A stretch of DNA of 64,000 bases from an uncultured Candidatus Saccharibacteria bacterium (GTDB taxonomy: Bacteria > Patescibacteriota > Dojkabacteria > CAZCSM01), in NCBI GenBank assembly GCA_964501355.1, contig CAZCSM010000007.1, forward strand, positions 1,096 through 65,095, given 5' to 3'. The notes below the pieces were generated by a model. That model did no database searches, was not told the origin of the DNA, and saw only the letters and a list, made by a program, of their open reading frames with translations. The position numbers and the translations under genes are program-made. This document shows positions 10,506 through 21,384 of this stretch, piece after piece (positions within the stretch are counted from its first letter, which is position 1; each line of letters starts with the position of its first letter).

Positions 10506-10787
10506 TTATGCTCCAGCCTGCAGTAAAACCCTAAAGACATCAGCTCCGGCAGCAACCTTATCATCCATCTTGACTTTAACCTTTGTTCCCATTTCCGCCC
10601 GAGTTACCGGTTCCTCATCAATTTCCATCTCTTCAACAACTTGCGACAAATTTCCATCCGCCCATCTCACGAATATTGAATCTCCAACTGATAACGACCC
10701 ATTTGTTAAATCTATCAAAGCCATTCCTATCATGTCAATATAGTCTTCAACCTTCCCAATCATTACTTCTTCCTGTAAATCTCCCAT
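10506..10787 (-). CDS. Small translation-factor-like beta-barrel protein (EF-Tu domain II / U32 C-terminal-like)
   Basis: IGKVEDY...LSVGDSI...QVVEEMEIDEEPVTRAEMG pattern. Start moved to MGDLQEE because the longer ORF start lies in a REP-like palindrome. Confidence 0.7.
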   Translation of the reverse strand: MGDLQEEVMIGKVEDYIDMIGMALIDLTNGSLSVGDSIFVRWADGNLSQVVEEMEIDEEPVTRAEMGTKVKVKMDDKVAAGADVFRVLLQAGA

Positions 10788-10876
10788 AAAATAGATAACT
10801 GCTAAATTATAACAGTAAAAGTTTATCGCGAAGGAGTTATTAGAGAATAAATAGAAAGTTAAAGGAATATAAGACA

Positions 10877-10904
10877 GTAGGGACAACCCTAGGGTTGTCC
10901 CTAC
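10877..10904. repeat. GTAG-type REP-like palindrome
   Basis: gtagggacaaccctagggttgtccctac; near-identical copy at 45584-45611. Confidence 0.8.
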
Positions 10905-10920
10905 ATAATCACAATAGTTA

Positions 10921-12195
10921 TTAACCTATTTTATCTACCCCAACCCACTTTCTCAAAACCTCCGGAACGACAACACTTCCATCAGCTTGTTGATACTGCT
11001 CAACAATGGCAGGAAGAATTCTCGAGGTTGCAAGACCAGATGCATTAAGAGTATGAACGAATTCTTTTTTATCACCATCTTTTCTTCTGAATCGCATATT
11101 TCCTCTTCTTGCCTGGTAATCGCGAGCATTCGATGCCGAACTGACTTCTTTATAAATCTCCATGCTCGGGATCCAGATTTCAATATCAAAAGTCTTTGCC
11201 ATTCCAGCACTTGCATCACCTGCGGCAAGTTTCGAGACTTGATGATGAAGACCAAGACCTTGTACAAGCTTCTCTGCTTTATTAACAAGTTCATCAAATG
11301 CTGCATCAGAACCTTCCGGTGTTGTGTACTGGAACATCTCAACTTTATTAAATTGATGACCTCGTATCATTCCTCTCTCTTCAGATCGATAGCTTCCCGC
11401 TTCTTTACGATAACATGGTGTGTAGGCAAAGTATTTTTTCGGCAAATCTTCCTCTTCGAGAATTTCATCTCTATGAAAATTGATTAATGCCGTTTCCGCC
11501 GTTGGAAGAAGAAATTGAGTTTTTCCTTCTTCTCCTGTTTGTAGATGAAACACATCATCTTTAAACTTTGGGAATTGACCTGCCGTATATCCGCATTCAT
11601 AATTTAACAAATGCGGAGGAAGAATAAATTCATATCCATCAGCTAAATGCTGTTCAACGAAATAGTTAAGCAATGCCCATTCCAGAACAGAACCCATTCC
11701 TTTGTATAACCAAAACCCATTTCCACCCATTTTCACTCCGCGCTCATAATCGATAAGCCCAAGCTTTGTACAAAGCTCAACATGATCCTTCGGTTCAAAA
11801 TCGAATTCCGGTTTTTCTCCCCAAGTTCGAAGAACCTCATTATTTTCTTTTCCTCCGGCGACTACATCATCATCGGGAATATTTGGTAAAGAAGCCATGA
11901 AGGTCTGAATATTTTCTTCGAATTCTTTGATTTGTTCGTCACCATCTTTAATCTGATCACCAACGACTTTCATTTCTTCTAGAAGATCACCAATATCACG
12001 ACCTTCTTTCTTCATCGTAGGAATTTGTTTTGAAACTTCATTGCGGCGAGCCTTCATTTCATCAACCTCAGAAATCGTTTTTCTCCGTAAATAATCCCAT
12101 TCCAAAACTTCTGTGAAATCAACATGGTCCATTCGCTTCAGAAGTTTTTGTTTAACTTCATCTGTATGTTCTCTAATTAAATTTATATCTAACAT
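10921..12195 (-). CDS. serS: Serine--tRNA ligase
   Basis: MLDI start, N-terminal coiled coil, LLPTAE, YRKEAG, RGHQFNKVE, EVSSASN and HTLNASGLA. Confidence 0.98.
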   Translation of the reverse strand: MLDINLIREHTDEVKQKLLKRMDHVDFTEVLEWDYLRRKTISEVDEMKARRNEVSKQIPTMKKEGRDIGDLLEEMKVVGDQIKDGDEQIKEFEENIQTFMASLPNIPDDDVVAGGKENNEVLRTWGEKPEFDFEPKDHVELCTKLGLIDYERGVKMGGNGFWLYKGMGSVLEWALLNYFVEQHLADGYEFILPPHLLNYECGYTAGQFPKFKDDVFHLQTGEEGKTQFLLPTAETALINFHRDEILEEEDLPKKYFAYTPCYRKEAGSYRSEERGMIRGHQFNKVEMFQYTTPEGSDAAFDELVNKAEKLVQGLGLHHQVSKLAAGDASAGMAKTFDIEIWIPSMEIYKEVSSASNARDYQARRGNMRFRRKDGDKKEFVHTLNASGLATSRILPAIVEQYQQADGSVVVPEVLRKWVGVDKIG

Positions 12196-12432
12196 TGTAA
12201 TAATCGTTCTAAATTAAAAATAAAAATTATTCTTCGAGTGACCCGATGGAAATCGGGGGAATCGAGAAGTTTACAAGTTCTCGACTACGCTCGAACAGTA
12301 ATCATCAGCCCCAAGACCAGTCCTCCCTAACAAATAGAGTATATCTTTTCAAAGCAAAATCAAAGTTATTTTGTTTTAAGTTATAATTTAATAAACGCAT
12401 TTCAAAAAATGATACTTATTATTATCTCATTG

Positions 12433-12661
12433 TGTCATCCTCCGAACGTGTACTGAGCTTGTCGAAGTATGGAGAATCGGACACTATTTTTTATGTCAGA
12501 TTCTCTCTTCAGAGAATGACACGAAAAAATCCCAAACAAAAAATCGTCCCCAAATTGCAAAACATTAATTCTACAATTTAAGGACGATTTAGGTTTGTCA
12601 TGCTGAACTCGTTTCAGCATCTCGAATACTTACGGGATCCTGAAATAAATTCAGGATGACA
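12433..12661. repeat. Cluster of two TGTCA/TGACA palindrome pairs
   Basis: Pairs at 12433-12521 and 12596-12661 (tgtcatgctgaactcgtttcagcatctc...ggatcctgaaataaattcaggatgaca). Confidence 0.75.
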
Positions 12662-12859
12662 CTTCATTTCGTGGTGCCACCTTTATTCATTTTCCTTCTT
12701 GCGAAAAGAAAACCTTTGGCGAAAATCTTTAGTTTTACAAATTGAACGGATTCGATGAAATGTTAATTCTCAGTAAACATTAACTTTCTCAAGGTTCATC
12801 TACTATTTTCAATTCACTTAACGGATTGTATCTTGAAAAGCGATTAATTGCAAATACCG

Positions 12860-15297
12860 TTAATCAAATGGTTGACTCGGAGAAGTCGAAAGAGCTGCAG
12901 CCGATTTCTTTTGCACCAGGATATTCTTCTTAATGACGGAACCTTCTTTCGATACGGAAAACTCCACTTCCCCCGAAGATTCATATTTATCCGAGTCTGC
13001 TGTTATCACATAATTACCTTCATCAAGAATAAAACCAAATCGTCCCGAATTATCACTAACCTGGGTATTGATTAGCTTATTATCTTTTGTATCAAATAAT
13101 CGGACAAATACTCCCGACACCCCATTATTATCAGCCAAAGTTAATACTCTGCCCCAGTCACGCCAGTATAATCGCTTAATTATAACAACAAGTGTTATTA
13201 CGGCAACGTTAACTAACAATATACCGAAATTAAGAATAGATGGATTCACTGCAAGAGAAAGTATAATTAAAATCACACCGATAATATTTATGATTAAGCC
13301 GAGTCCAATAGTAAACAACTTTAATTTATCAAGAATAGTTAATACTGAACCTCTCTTTGCCATAAATTTATACTGCATAGGAATATCGTACGCTATCGTC
13401 CTACTTTCTCTAAAATTGATAGCTCCTCCCAGATATTTTCCTAAAAGATCTTTGCCTGCGGAAGTTTGGTTGACCATTTGGTAATCGGAATGTTCAACGA
13501 CCAACTTATATGAGCCTTCGAAAGCATTGAATCTATACCGTCCATCCAAATCTGTAACGGTTTCATCTAAAACATTTCCGCTAGACGCATCCAATAGACG
13601 AACAACAGCGAACGCAATAGGCCTGTTGTTGTTAGCATAATCATATACAACCCCCCAACCTGTTTTGCGCTTCTTCCTATCGAAGATTACTCCCATTAAT
13701 GTAGAAGTGTGGGTAAGAACGTTTCCTGGACCTCCGAGGAAAAGGGCCGTGGTAACAAATTGCGTGATAAGCGTAGCTCCCACGAAGACTGTTAATTCTT
13801 CATCAATTTCATCAACAATCGCAAGCGCCTTGTCAAAAATAGATGACTGGCCTGATTCATCGTCTCCGGTTAATGGCAGTTCTTCGATATCACTTCCTAT
13901 CTTTGATTTCTCAAATAGACAAACATTACTGCAACCGTCGCTATTATACTGGTTACCATCATCACATTCTTCATCACCACGAACGTTTCCATCACCACAG
14001 TATCCATTAACTTCCGTATAACAAACATTACTACAACCATCTCCATTTAACTGGTTACCATCATCACATTCCTCATCATCCTGCAAAACATTGTCACCGC
14101 AAAAAGCATAGGTCTCTACACCACAAACAACTGAACAACCATCTCCATTCCCGCCATTTCCATCATCACAACCTTCTTCCCGATTTTCTGTAAAGTTTCC
14201 ACAAAGATTTATTTTACAGTTTGCAGAACAACCATCCATATTGCTATGATTGCCATCATCGCATTCTTCTTCATTATTAATTATTCCGTCACCACAATAT
14301 GGAGTGACCTCTTCCTGACAGATAATACTGCAACCATCTCCATTTAATTGATTTCCATCGTCACATTCTTCTCCACCCTCAACCTTCCCATTACCACAAA
14401 ACTCAAGGTACTCAGGAATACACACAGTACTACACCCATCTCCAGATACATAATTGCCATCATCACAATCCTCATCATTTAGAATAAAACCATCTCCGCA
14501 ATATTCATAATTCGTTTCAACACGACAATGCCTATTGCAACCATCGCCATCTTCGCTATTTCCATCATCACAAGTTTCACTGCCGTTTAAAATATTATCT
14601 CCGCAAAAAGGCTCAACAATACATACTACGCTACAGCCATCTCCATTGTTCTGGTTGCCATCATCGCACTCTTCTCCGGAATCTATGTCTCCGTCTCCAC
14701 AGTAAGGAGGATAAGGCTTTTCTACTACGCAAATATTGTTGCAGCCATCGCCGTTGAGCTGATTACCATCATCACAAAACTCACCGCTGGAAATAATTTC
14801 ATCACCACAATATAAGTCGGATGGCTCAATAAAACAGGTCAGAGAACAACCATCACCACTTTCCTGATTCCCATCGTCACAGGTTTCACCCAAGTTCAAA
14901 TCTCCATCCCCACAATAGCCAATTATCTCAATACTGCATCTATTACTACATCCATCTCCATTGACCTGATTTCCATCATCACAGGATTCTCTATAACCAA
15001 CTTTTCCATCACCACAATATTCAAGAGGTTTCTCCAATTTGCATAAGGAACTACATCCATCACCGTTAAAGGTATTTCCATCGTCACATTTTTCACTGGT
15101 TTCGATTATTCCATTTCCACAACCCGAGACTGGAACAGGAGGCGGTGGAAGAGAATCCTCATCCTGACATGTGCTTGAACAACCATCTCCATTTGATTGA
15201 TTTCCATCATCGCATTCTTCGCCCTCATTCAAATCTCCATCTCCGCAATAATATTCTTCTGATTCCTCTTCACAAACATTACTGCAACCATCTCCAT
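12860..15297 (-). CDS. C-terminal part of a frameshifted surface protein: Myxococcus-type Cys-rich repeats, LPLTG, TM segments and two carboxypeptidase-regulatory-like domains
   Basis: 13 CGxG...CDDGN..xGDGC repeats; ELPLTGDDES; WGVVYD...TDLDGRYRF. The frame stays open upstream of the TTG at 15232 back to the break near 15310. Confidence 0.85.
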
Positions 15298-18200
15298 TTA
15301 CTTCATTATCATCACATCACATTCTTCTCCGGTTTCAACTATTCCGTTTCCGCAAACTGAACCAGATGGTGTTTCTTCATCCAGACAAACACTGGAACAT
15401 CCATCTCCATTCGATTGATTTCCGTCATCACACTCTTCACCATCATTTACGTCTCCATCCCCGCAATAATATTCTTCTGATTCCACTTCACAAATATTGC
15501 TGCATCCATCTCCATTGATTTGATTACCATCATCACATTCCTCACCAAGATCCAGATCTCCGTCTCCACAATAAGGTTCCAATTCGCAAAGTGAAGAACA
15601 GCCATCACCATTAGCAGTATTCCCATCATCACATTCCTCTCCTAAGTTCAAATCACCATCACCACAACTGCTGATTGTAAAATCATATTCATATACCCCG
15701 GAAATATTTCCCCAGAAATCAGTAACGGTGAACTCTACAGAATGTGAGCCAACAGGTAATGGTTCTGATAAATCACAGGTAAAATCTTCTTCTAACGAAT
15801 CGAAATCACCATCGTCTGCTTCGCACGAACCAGAAACAGGATCACTATAAACAGTAAATAGGACTGAACTTATCGCACTCAAGGTATCTGTTGCCGTACC
15901 GGTGAAAGAAGGCGAAGGTACAGAATATATGCTTTCAACCTGCATACCCGAAAGATTTGGAGCCTCATCATCGATTTCGTAACGACGCCAAAATAAAGAT
16001 GTATGATCGATATGTTGTTCCAACGGATCGCCTTCGAAGTAAGTACGATAATGTATGAAATCAACCTGATTATCATCTATTGTAATATCTAAAGGAGCAA
16101 CTGTTAGCGGAAAAACCAATACCTCTGAAAGTACCTTCCCCGCGATATATCCCCCATCCAAGTTTAGTAATGAGAACCACGGACTACGATGAGTACCGGA
16201 GGCAGATTCGATATTATTGCCGGAATTGGAGTTCAAATCTATATCAGTCCCGGTTATATAACCCCCAATAGCTAAAACAGGATTAGAATTGTAAACTCCA
16301 ATAGAAATGGATTTTGCACTAGAAATGTCATCTTCTTCATCATCTCTCCCGAAAGCAGACGTCCATCCATATGTGCCATCGTAATTTATCCTTGTAACGA
16401 AAGGGTTGAAACAAGTTTCATCGCCTACAGAGCAAAAATTGGGATAGGTATCATTATATGGCATCTCGGCAAAGTCAGCAGCAAAGTTAACTACTGCATC
16501 GTCATTCCCATAACCACCTGATAAATAAATATTAGATTCAGCATCAAGGGTCATATCGTTAATACTAGCATCCTCAATAATTCTCACCCAATCTAACTGA
16601 TAATCAGAATTATATTTAGCTGCAAATCCTGCCCCAACTGCAGAGGTCTTGTTTTCAACCCCTATACCAGGATCAAAGTCTATTGTTCCGGAAAAACCTC
16701 CAGCAACATATATATCGTCATCTGAATTAACCTTTACTTTTAATATTCGTGAAAGAGACGATTCAACACTATTGGAAAATAATTCTGTCAATGAACCACT
16801 AGACGCATCTACCTCATAGACTGTCATAAAAGAGGATAGCCCTTCAATCTTACTACCCGATGTGAATAATTTCGATTCACTAGAATTCAAATCTAATCCG
16901 TCAAAACCCCAGGAAGTTTCATCATTTGAAGAAACCCAGAGTAAATCACCATCCGATGAAAACTTATTTACATATGCGCCTCTTTTTCCCGAAATAACTG
17001 AAATTAAGCTTTCCCCCGAACCTGGATCACAATCACAAGTACTATAAACACCGGGAGCAAAATAGCGACCAAACTGTCCACTAACATATATGTTATCATT
17101 ACTATCAATCACAACAGAATCGGGTTCAGCAGTACAATTAGAATATTCACCGACAATAATCTTTGACCACATATACTCACTATCAGAATTGTATTTGCTC
17201 AGGAAAACTTCAAAATTATTATCCTCAGAATTGGAGAAGATATCTTCGCCAGCCGTAAAATCAAGATCATTCGTACCTTCAAAATAACCAACCATATAGA
17301 TATTACCATCATCATCTTTTGCGGAATCCATAACAATAGCGCCATCATTTTCATATTCTTGTATCTGGACAACGTTTTTGTAAATAAGACTATCTTGTGC
17401 TGTCTTATCATATTTTACAATAAAAGCATCATTCGAAGTGCCTGCAGTATTTATTTCAACACCATCTCCTGAATCGAAATCTATAGAACCCGAGTAGAAT
17501 CCGTATAGGGACAAGTCTTCATCAGTTAGACTATTTATTAAATTGGGATAATAGAGAGGCAGAAGCTCAACATTTACAAAACCATGATTAGAATCGAACT
17601 GTGCTATAAAGCCCGTAATTGATGTTGGACTAGCTTGTAAAAGCTCTCCATCACCCGGATCCCAATCTATCGCCGATTGTAATCTACCGGAAACGAAAAA
17701 TGATCCGTCAGAATGGAATGCGAACCTTGATGAGAGCGGATAAGAGAATGAATAGTCTTGAGATATAGCACCTTCTACACCAAATGTTTTTACATAGAAA
17801 GTATATTGATTGGGAACACCTTCATAATATGGACCGTATAGCAGTAATTCATCTATCTCTGAAAGGTATTTTATATCCGTAACGTTGGTCTTCTCTATTT
17901 CCTCAATCCAATTAATATTTGCATCCGCGTCAAACTGCATTAGAAAAACCGAGTACCCGGCATTCGTAATAAGGTCCTCTCCAACGCCCCAATCAAAATC
18001 CATATCAGCATTGAATTTGCCGGATAGATATAAATTCCCATCAACATCTACCTCCAGATAATCGGCATAAATATTTCCTTCCGTTGCTCCAAGAGGAACA
18101 GTACCCAAAGATCTGCCCCAGACAAATGTTGCGTTTGTGGCGGAATATTTTCCAACAGCTGAATGACCGAATTCATTTGGATTTTCCTGTATGTCTTCCC

Positions 18201-18828
18201 CCAGCCCCGGATCCATATCTATTTCCGTTCCGTAAAATTCCGTTGTTAGGTATACATAACCATCGTATTCCACTGAGGAATATATTTCTTCGTAGCTATT
18301 TCCATCTAGAGTTATTGTCCAAGCATAATCACCATTGGAAAGTAGTTTAAGAAGAAAACCGTCATAATCACCAGGAACGGATGTTCGGATATCTTCTGAT
18401 ACACCTGTATCAAAATCTACAGAATCATAAAAGGCACCGGAAATATAAATGTTATCATCAGGGGATATGTAAATATCATTCGGCCAGAGATCTCCATCGG
18501 CGGAGGTTTCTACGAATTTAAACCAGATAATCTCACCGTTCTCATCAATCTTATTAATATACAGACATGTGTTTGTACAGGTGTATGTATCGTTCGTACT
18601 TTTATCAATGACTATTTCATCCCCATACAAATATCCGACGACGATTGTGTTATTTTCTGAATCTAGACTGCTAAGACCATTGTAATCGTAAGCACTAGTA
18701 CTGATGGAATTTACCCATTCGTAGTATATTTCGTCAGCGGCAAATGTAACTGATGTTGAAATCAACCCGAAGAACGCAAGACTTATTATCAAAAGGATTA
18801 TTTTTCCGAGTTTATACTTCATTTGCAA
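15298..18828 (-). CDS. N-terminal part of the frameshifted surface protein: signal peptide, SBBP-like beta-propeller repeats, Ig-like domain and start of the Cys-rich repeats
   Basis: Signal peptide ending TFA-A; repeated DFD(P)G / NIYxSGxF units; ends in mid-repeat (ECD-VMIMK*). Confidence 0.85.
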   Translation of the reverse strand: MQMKYKLGKIILLIISLAFFGLISTSVTFAADEIYYEWVNSISTSAYDYNGLSSLDSENNTIVVGYLYGDEIVIDKSTNDTYTCTNTCLYINKIDENGEIIWFKFVETSADGDLWPNDIYISPDDNIYISGAFYDSVDFDTGVSEDIRTSVPGDYDGFLLKLLSNGDYAWTITLDGNSYEEIYSSVEYDGYVYLTTEFYGTEIDMDPGLGEDIQENPNEFGHSAVGKYSATNATFVWGRSLGTVPLGATEGNIYADYLEVDVDGNLYLSGKFNADMDFDWGVGEDLITNAGYSVFLMQFDADANINWIEEIEKTNVTDIKYLSEIDELLLYGPYYEGVPNQYTFYVKTFGVEGAISQDYSFSYPLSSRFAFHSDGSFFVSGRLQSAIDWDPGDGELLQASPTSITGFIAQFDSNHGFVNVELLPLYYPNLINSLTDEDLSLYGFYSGSIDFDSGDGVEINTAGTSNDAFIVKYDKTAQDSLIYKNVVQIQEYENDGAIVMDSAKDDDGNIYMVGYFEGTNDLDFTAGEDIFSNSEDNNFEVFLSKYNSDSEYMWSKIIVGEYSNCTAEPDSVVIDSNDNIYVSGQFGRYFAPGVYSTCDCDPGSGESLISVISGKRGAYVNKFSSDGDLLWVSSNDETSWGFDGLDLNSSESKLFTSGSKIEGLSSFMTVYEVDASSGSLTELFSNSVESSLSRILKVKVNSDDDIYVAGGFSGTIDFDPGIGVENKTSAVGAGFAAKYNSDYQLDWVRIIEDASINDMTLDAESNIYLSGGYGNDDAVVNFAADFAEMPYNDTYPNFCSVGDETCFNPFVTRINYDGTYGWTSAFGRDDEEDDISSAKSISIGVYNSNPVLAIGGYITGTDIDLNSNSGNNIESASGTHRSPWFSLLNLDGGYIAGKVLSEVLVFPLTVAPLDITIDDNQVDFIHYRTYFEGDPLEQHIDHTSLFWRRYEIDDEAPNLSGMQVESIYSVPSPSFTGTATDTLSAISSVLFTVYSDPVSGSCEADDGDFDSLEEDFTCDLSEPLPVGSHSVEFTVTDFWGNISGVYEYDFTISSCGDGDLNLGEECDDGNTANGDGCSSLCELEPYCGDGDLDLGEECDDGNQINGDGCSNICEVESEEYYCGDGDVNDGEECDDGNQSNGDGCSSVCLDEETPSGSVCGNGIVETGEECDVMIMK

Positions 18829-18894
18829 TATTTAAAACGGTAAATATTTACCTTATATAAAAGTATCAAATACTCGTGTTTTATACAATGAATA

Positions 18895-21312
18895 TCAAAG
18901 AGATGCCGTTAAATTCCTTCTTCGTGTCATTCTCCGAATGGAGAATCTAACATTAAGATATTTATAATTGATTATCAAATATAACCCTATTATGAATTGG
19001 AATATGATTCCGCTTCCCGTCTGAGGTAATACCTCTTCAATCCCAAGTGTAAACTCACTCGATGCTACGTTTCCTGCTGGATCTGTTGTCGTGATTTGTA
19101 CTAGATATGTTCCCACTCCTAATACAGACCCTAGGTCTAACTCCCAGTTACCATCTTCTCCTACTGTTATTTCTGTCTCATATACTATTGTTCCTTCCTC
19201 CGTCAATGCTGTGATTGTTACTACTGTACTCTGTTCTGCTGTACCTCTTACTATTACCGGTTCTCCTTCTGCTCTTGTATATCTTTCCTGTGTTTGTTGA
19301 TATGTTAGGTGTGTTAGATCAAGAGTAAGTAATGCAGAGGTTTTTAGAATAATAGTATCGTTAACTACTAGTGATTCATTTCCTGCATTATCTTTAAACT
19401 TTGCATATACTGTCTTACTCCCATCTCCTGATGGTAAGGACCAAGTCTTTGTTGTATCGTATGATTCCCAACTTGCTCCTGTAAAGGTTGAACTATCTGA
19501 AATCAACATTTGGGAGACTCCCGAAAGATTGTCGGTTGCAGAAAGGTTGAGAGTAACTTCTCTGGTATTGGTATATGCATCTCCCCCATTGATAGTGAAA
19601 CTTCCTGCAGGAGAATGAGTATCTAGTGTAAAAACATCATTCCCATACAATACAGCTGGCATATATACTCCATTATTATCTTTAGTTCTTACATAAATAG
19701 TATGTATTCCCTCTGATAGACTAGAGATATCACAAGAGAATTCTTCGGATGATGAATTAAAAATTCCATCCGCTGCGCTACAACTAGTCCAAAGACCTCT
19801 CACATTGTTTCCGGTTGACCATTCCACAGCTGCAATAGTGTAACCAGGTATTATATCGATAACTGTTCCTAAAATTGAAGAATTAACAGATGTATTAGGA
19901 AAAGATATGGTAGGATTACCATGACCTACTTCATAAATATACACCCTTCCTGCAGCTTGAATTCCATCGTCCGATAGTGCTTGTCCTATATATAGATCTT
20001 TCCAATCATCACCATCCATATCTCCTGAACCTACTACATTCCCAAAAGATCTATTGGGTATTCGAGAAGAAATTGTTAAATCCGCTGTAGTGTCAAAATC
20101 TCTAGTTCCATTACCTAAATAAATGTTTACATATCCATCCTGAGATCCTGATACTTGGTAAGCTCCAACTACAAGATCCATATTACCATCATTGTTAAAA
20201 TCATCTACAACTATGCTTCGACCAAAATTATCATTTGCATTAGCTCCATAAATAGTAAAACCTTCATTAGTAATTCCAAGAGAACCCAAGTCTACATTAA
20301 CCCCATCTTTTAAATCAGTAGTAGAAAACACACATTGGACTATTCCTACGTTTTCATAAGGATTATCGTATTCATATGTCCCTACACAAAAATCATCTCT
20401 TCCATCATTATCTATATCTTTTAATTGAATCTTGCCTCTTCCAATCCTATCCCATGTTTCTTCAGCCGTAAACTTAACATCATAAGTGGCATCCATGTTT
20501 TCACCACCGAAGAAAATAAATTTTTCGTTACCCCAATTCGGCTCTCCAACAACAACATCATCATATCCATCTCCATTAAAATCCCCAGACGTTAGTCCGT
20601 TATAACTAAGCATAGAAGCACTCACAACTCCAAGAGTAAGATCAGATGTAGTACTAACATTTTTAGTTCCATTTCCATAATAAACATTCGCTACACCTTT
20701 ATTACTATTTGCAAACATAGAACCAATGACAAAATCAATATAACCATCACCATTAAAATTTCCTGAAGTACTGCTAACACCTGTTGCCCGTAGATCTGTT
20801 AAATTTCCTTCAAATTCTACATCTGCCCCCTCAGCTACTGTAATATCTCCTCCCCAATCAGATGAACCCCAAAAAATCCAAGCCTTACCTTCATTTCCAT
20901 TTAAAGTAATATCATATCCCCATTCCCCCCCAAGAAAATCTAACCATCCATCATTATCAAAATCCCCAATAGCATAATCAGTATCTGCAGCAGGAAATTC
21001 ACCAGCTCCTGTAATAGTAATATCAGCATCAGTGTCAAGAATTTCTCCTCCAAAATATACATATAACCTATGCTGTTTTACTGCAGAAATTAATAAATCT
21101 TCATAGCCATCATTATTCATATCTCTAGTCATAGGTTCTCCAGATCCCCCAAACCAAGTTATCGAAGATTCTCCTCCACTAACGGTCCCTAGATAATCAA
21201 AATCTATAGCCGCATTAACCTTTCCTACAGCAAGAAAGGCAATTGCACCGACAACCATTACCGAAACAGCAACAAAAGTGAAAGCTTTTATTTTCCTTCT
21301 GAATTTTGTCAT
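18895..21312 (-). CDS. FG-GAP repeat surface protein with Ig-like domains and a C-terminal LPQTG sorting signal
   Basis: Repeated GDFNxDGxxD motifs, DxAGN Ig signatures, and VLPQTG followed by a hydrophobic stretch and an Arg-rich tail. Confidence 0.88.
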   Translation of the reverse strand: MTKFRRKIKAFTFVAVSVMVVGAIAFLAVGKVNAAIDFDYLGTVSGGESSITWFGGSGEPMTRDMNNDGYEDLLISAVKQHRLYVYFGGEILDTDADITITGAGEFPAADTDYAIGDFDNDGWLDFLGGEWGYDITLNGNEGKAWIFWGSSDWGGDITVAEGADVEFEGNLTDLRATGVSSTSGNFNGDGYIDFVIGSMFANSNKGVANVYYGNGTKNVSTTSDLTLGVVSASMLSYNGLTSGDFNGDGYDDVVVGEPNWGNEKFIFFGGENMDATYDVKFTAEETWDRIGRGKIQLKDIDNDGRDDFCVGTYEYDNPYENVGIVQCVFSTTDLKDGVNVDLGSLGITNEGFTIYGANANDNFGRSIVVDDFNNDGNMDLVVGAYQVSGSQDGYVNIYLGNGTRDFDTTADLTISSRIPNRSFGNVVGSGDMDGDDWKDLYIGQALSDDGIQAAGRVYIYEVGHGNPTISFPNTSVNSSILGTVIDIIPGYTIAAVEWSTGNNVRGLWTSCSAADGIFNSSSEEFSCDISSLSEGIHTIYVRTKDNNGVYMPAVLYGNDVFTLDTHSPAGSFTINGGDAYTNTREVTLNLSATDNLSGVSQMLISDSSTFTGASWESYDTTKTWSLPSGDGSKTVYAKFKDNAGNESLVVNDTIILKTSALLTLDLTHLTYQQTQERYTRAEGEPVIVRGTAEQSTVVTITALTEEGTIVYETEITVGEDGNWELDLGSVLGVGTYLVQITTTDPAGNVASSEFTLGIEEVLPQTGSGIIFQFIIGLYLIINYKYLNVRFSIRRMTRRRNLTASL

Positions 21313-21384
21313 TACAACTTTCGTGAAATTATCACATACAAATTTTGATATTTAGAAACTTTTTTATTCATAATTCTACTTAAA

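Noticed and set aside
12196-12430. T-box or Ser leader peptide upstream of serS (and a Lys equivalent upstream of lysS)
   Set aside because: No T-box consensus or run of cognate codons found; the regions contain dispersed repeats instead.
12685-12810. Possible inverted, degenerate member of the structured element families
   Set aside because: Only a loose T-rich/A-rich hairpin and a short aacctt/aaggtt pairing; the diagnostic GTTACTTTT end is absent.
13900-15670. CRISPR-like periodic repeat
   Set aside because: The period is codon-aligned and encodes Cys-rich protein repeats with synonymous variation; no cas genes are present.
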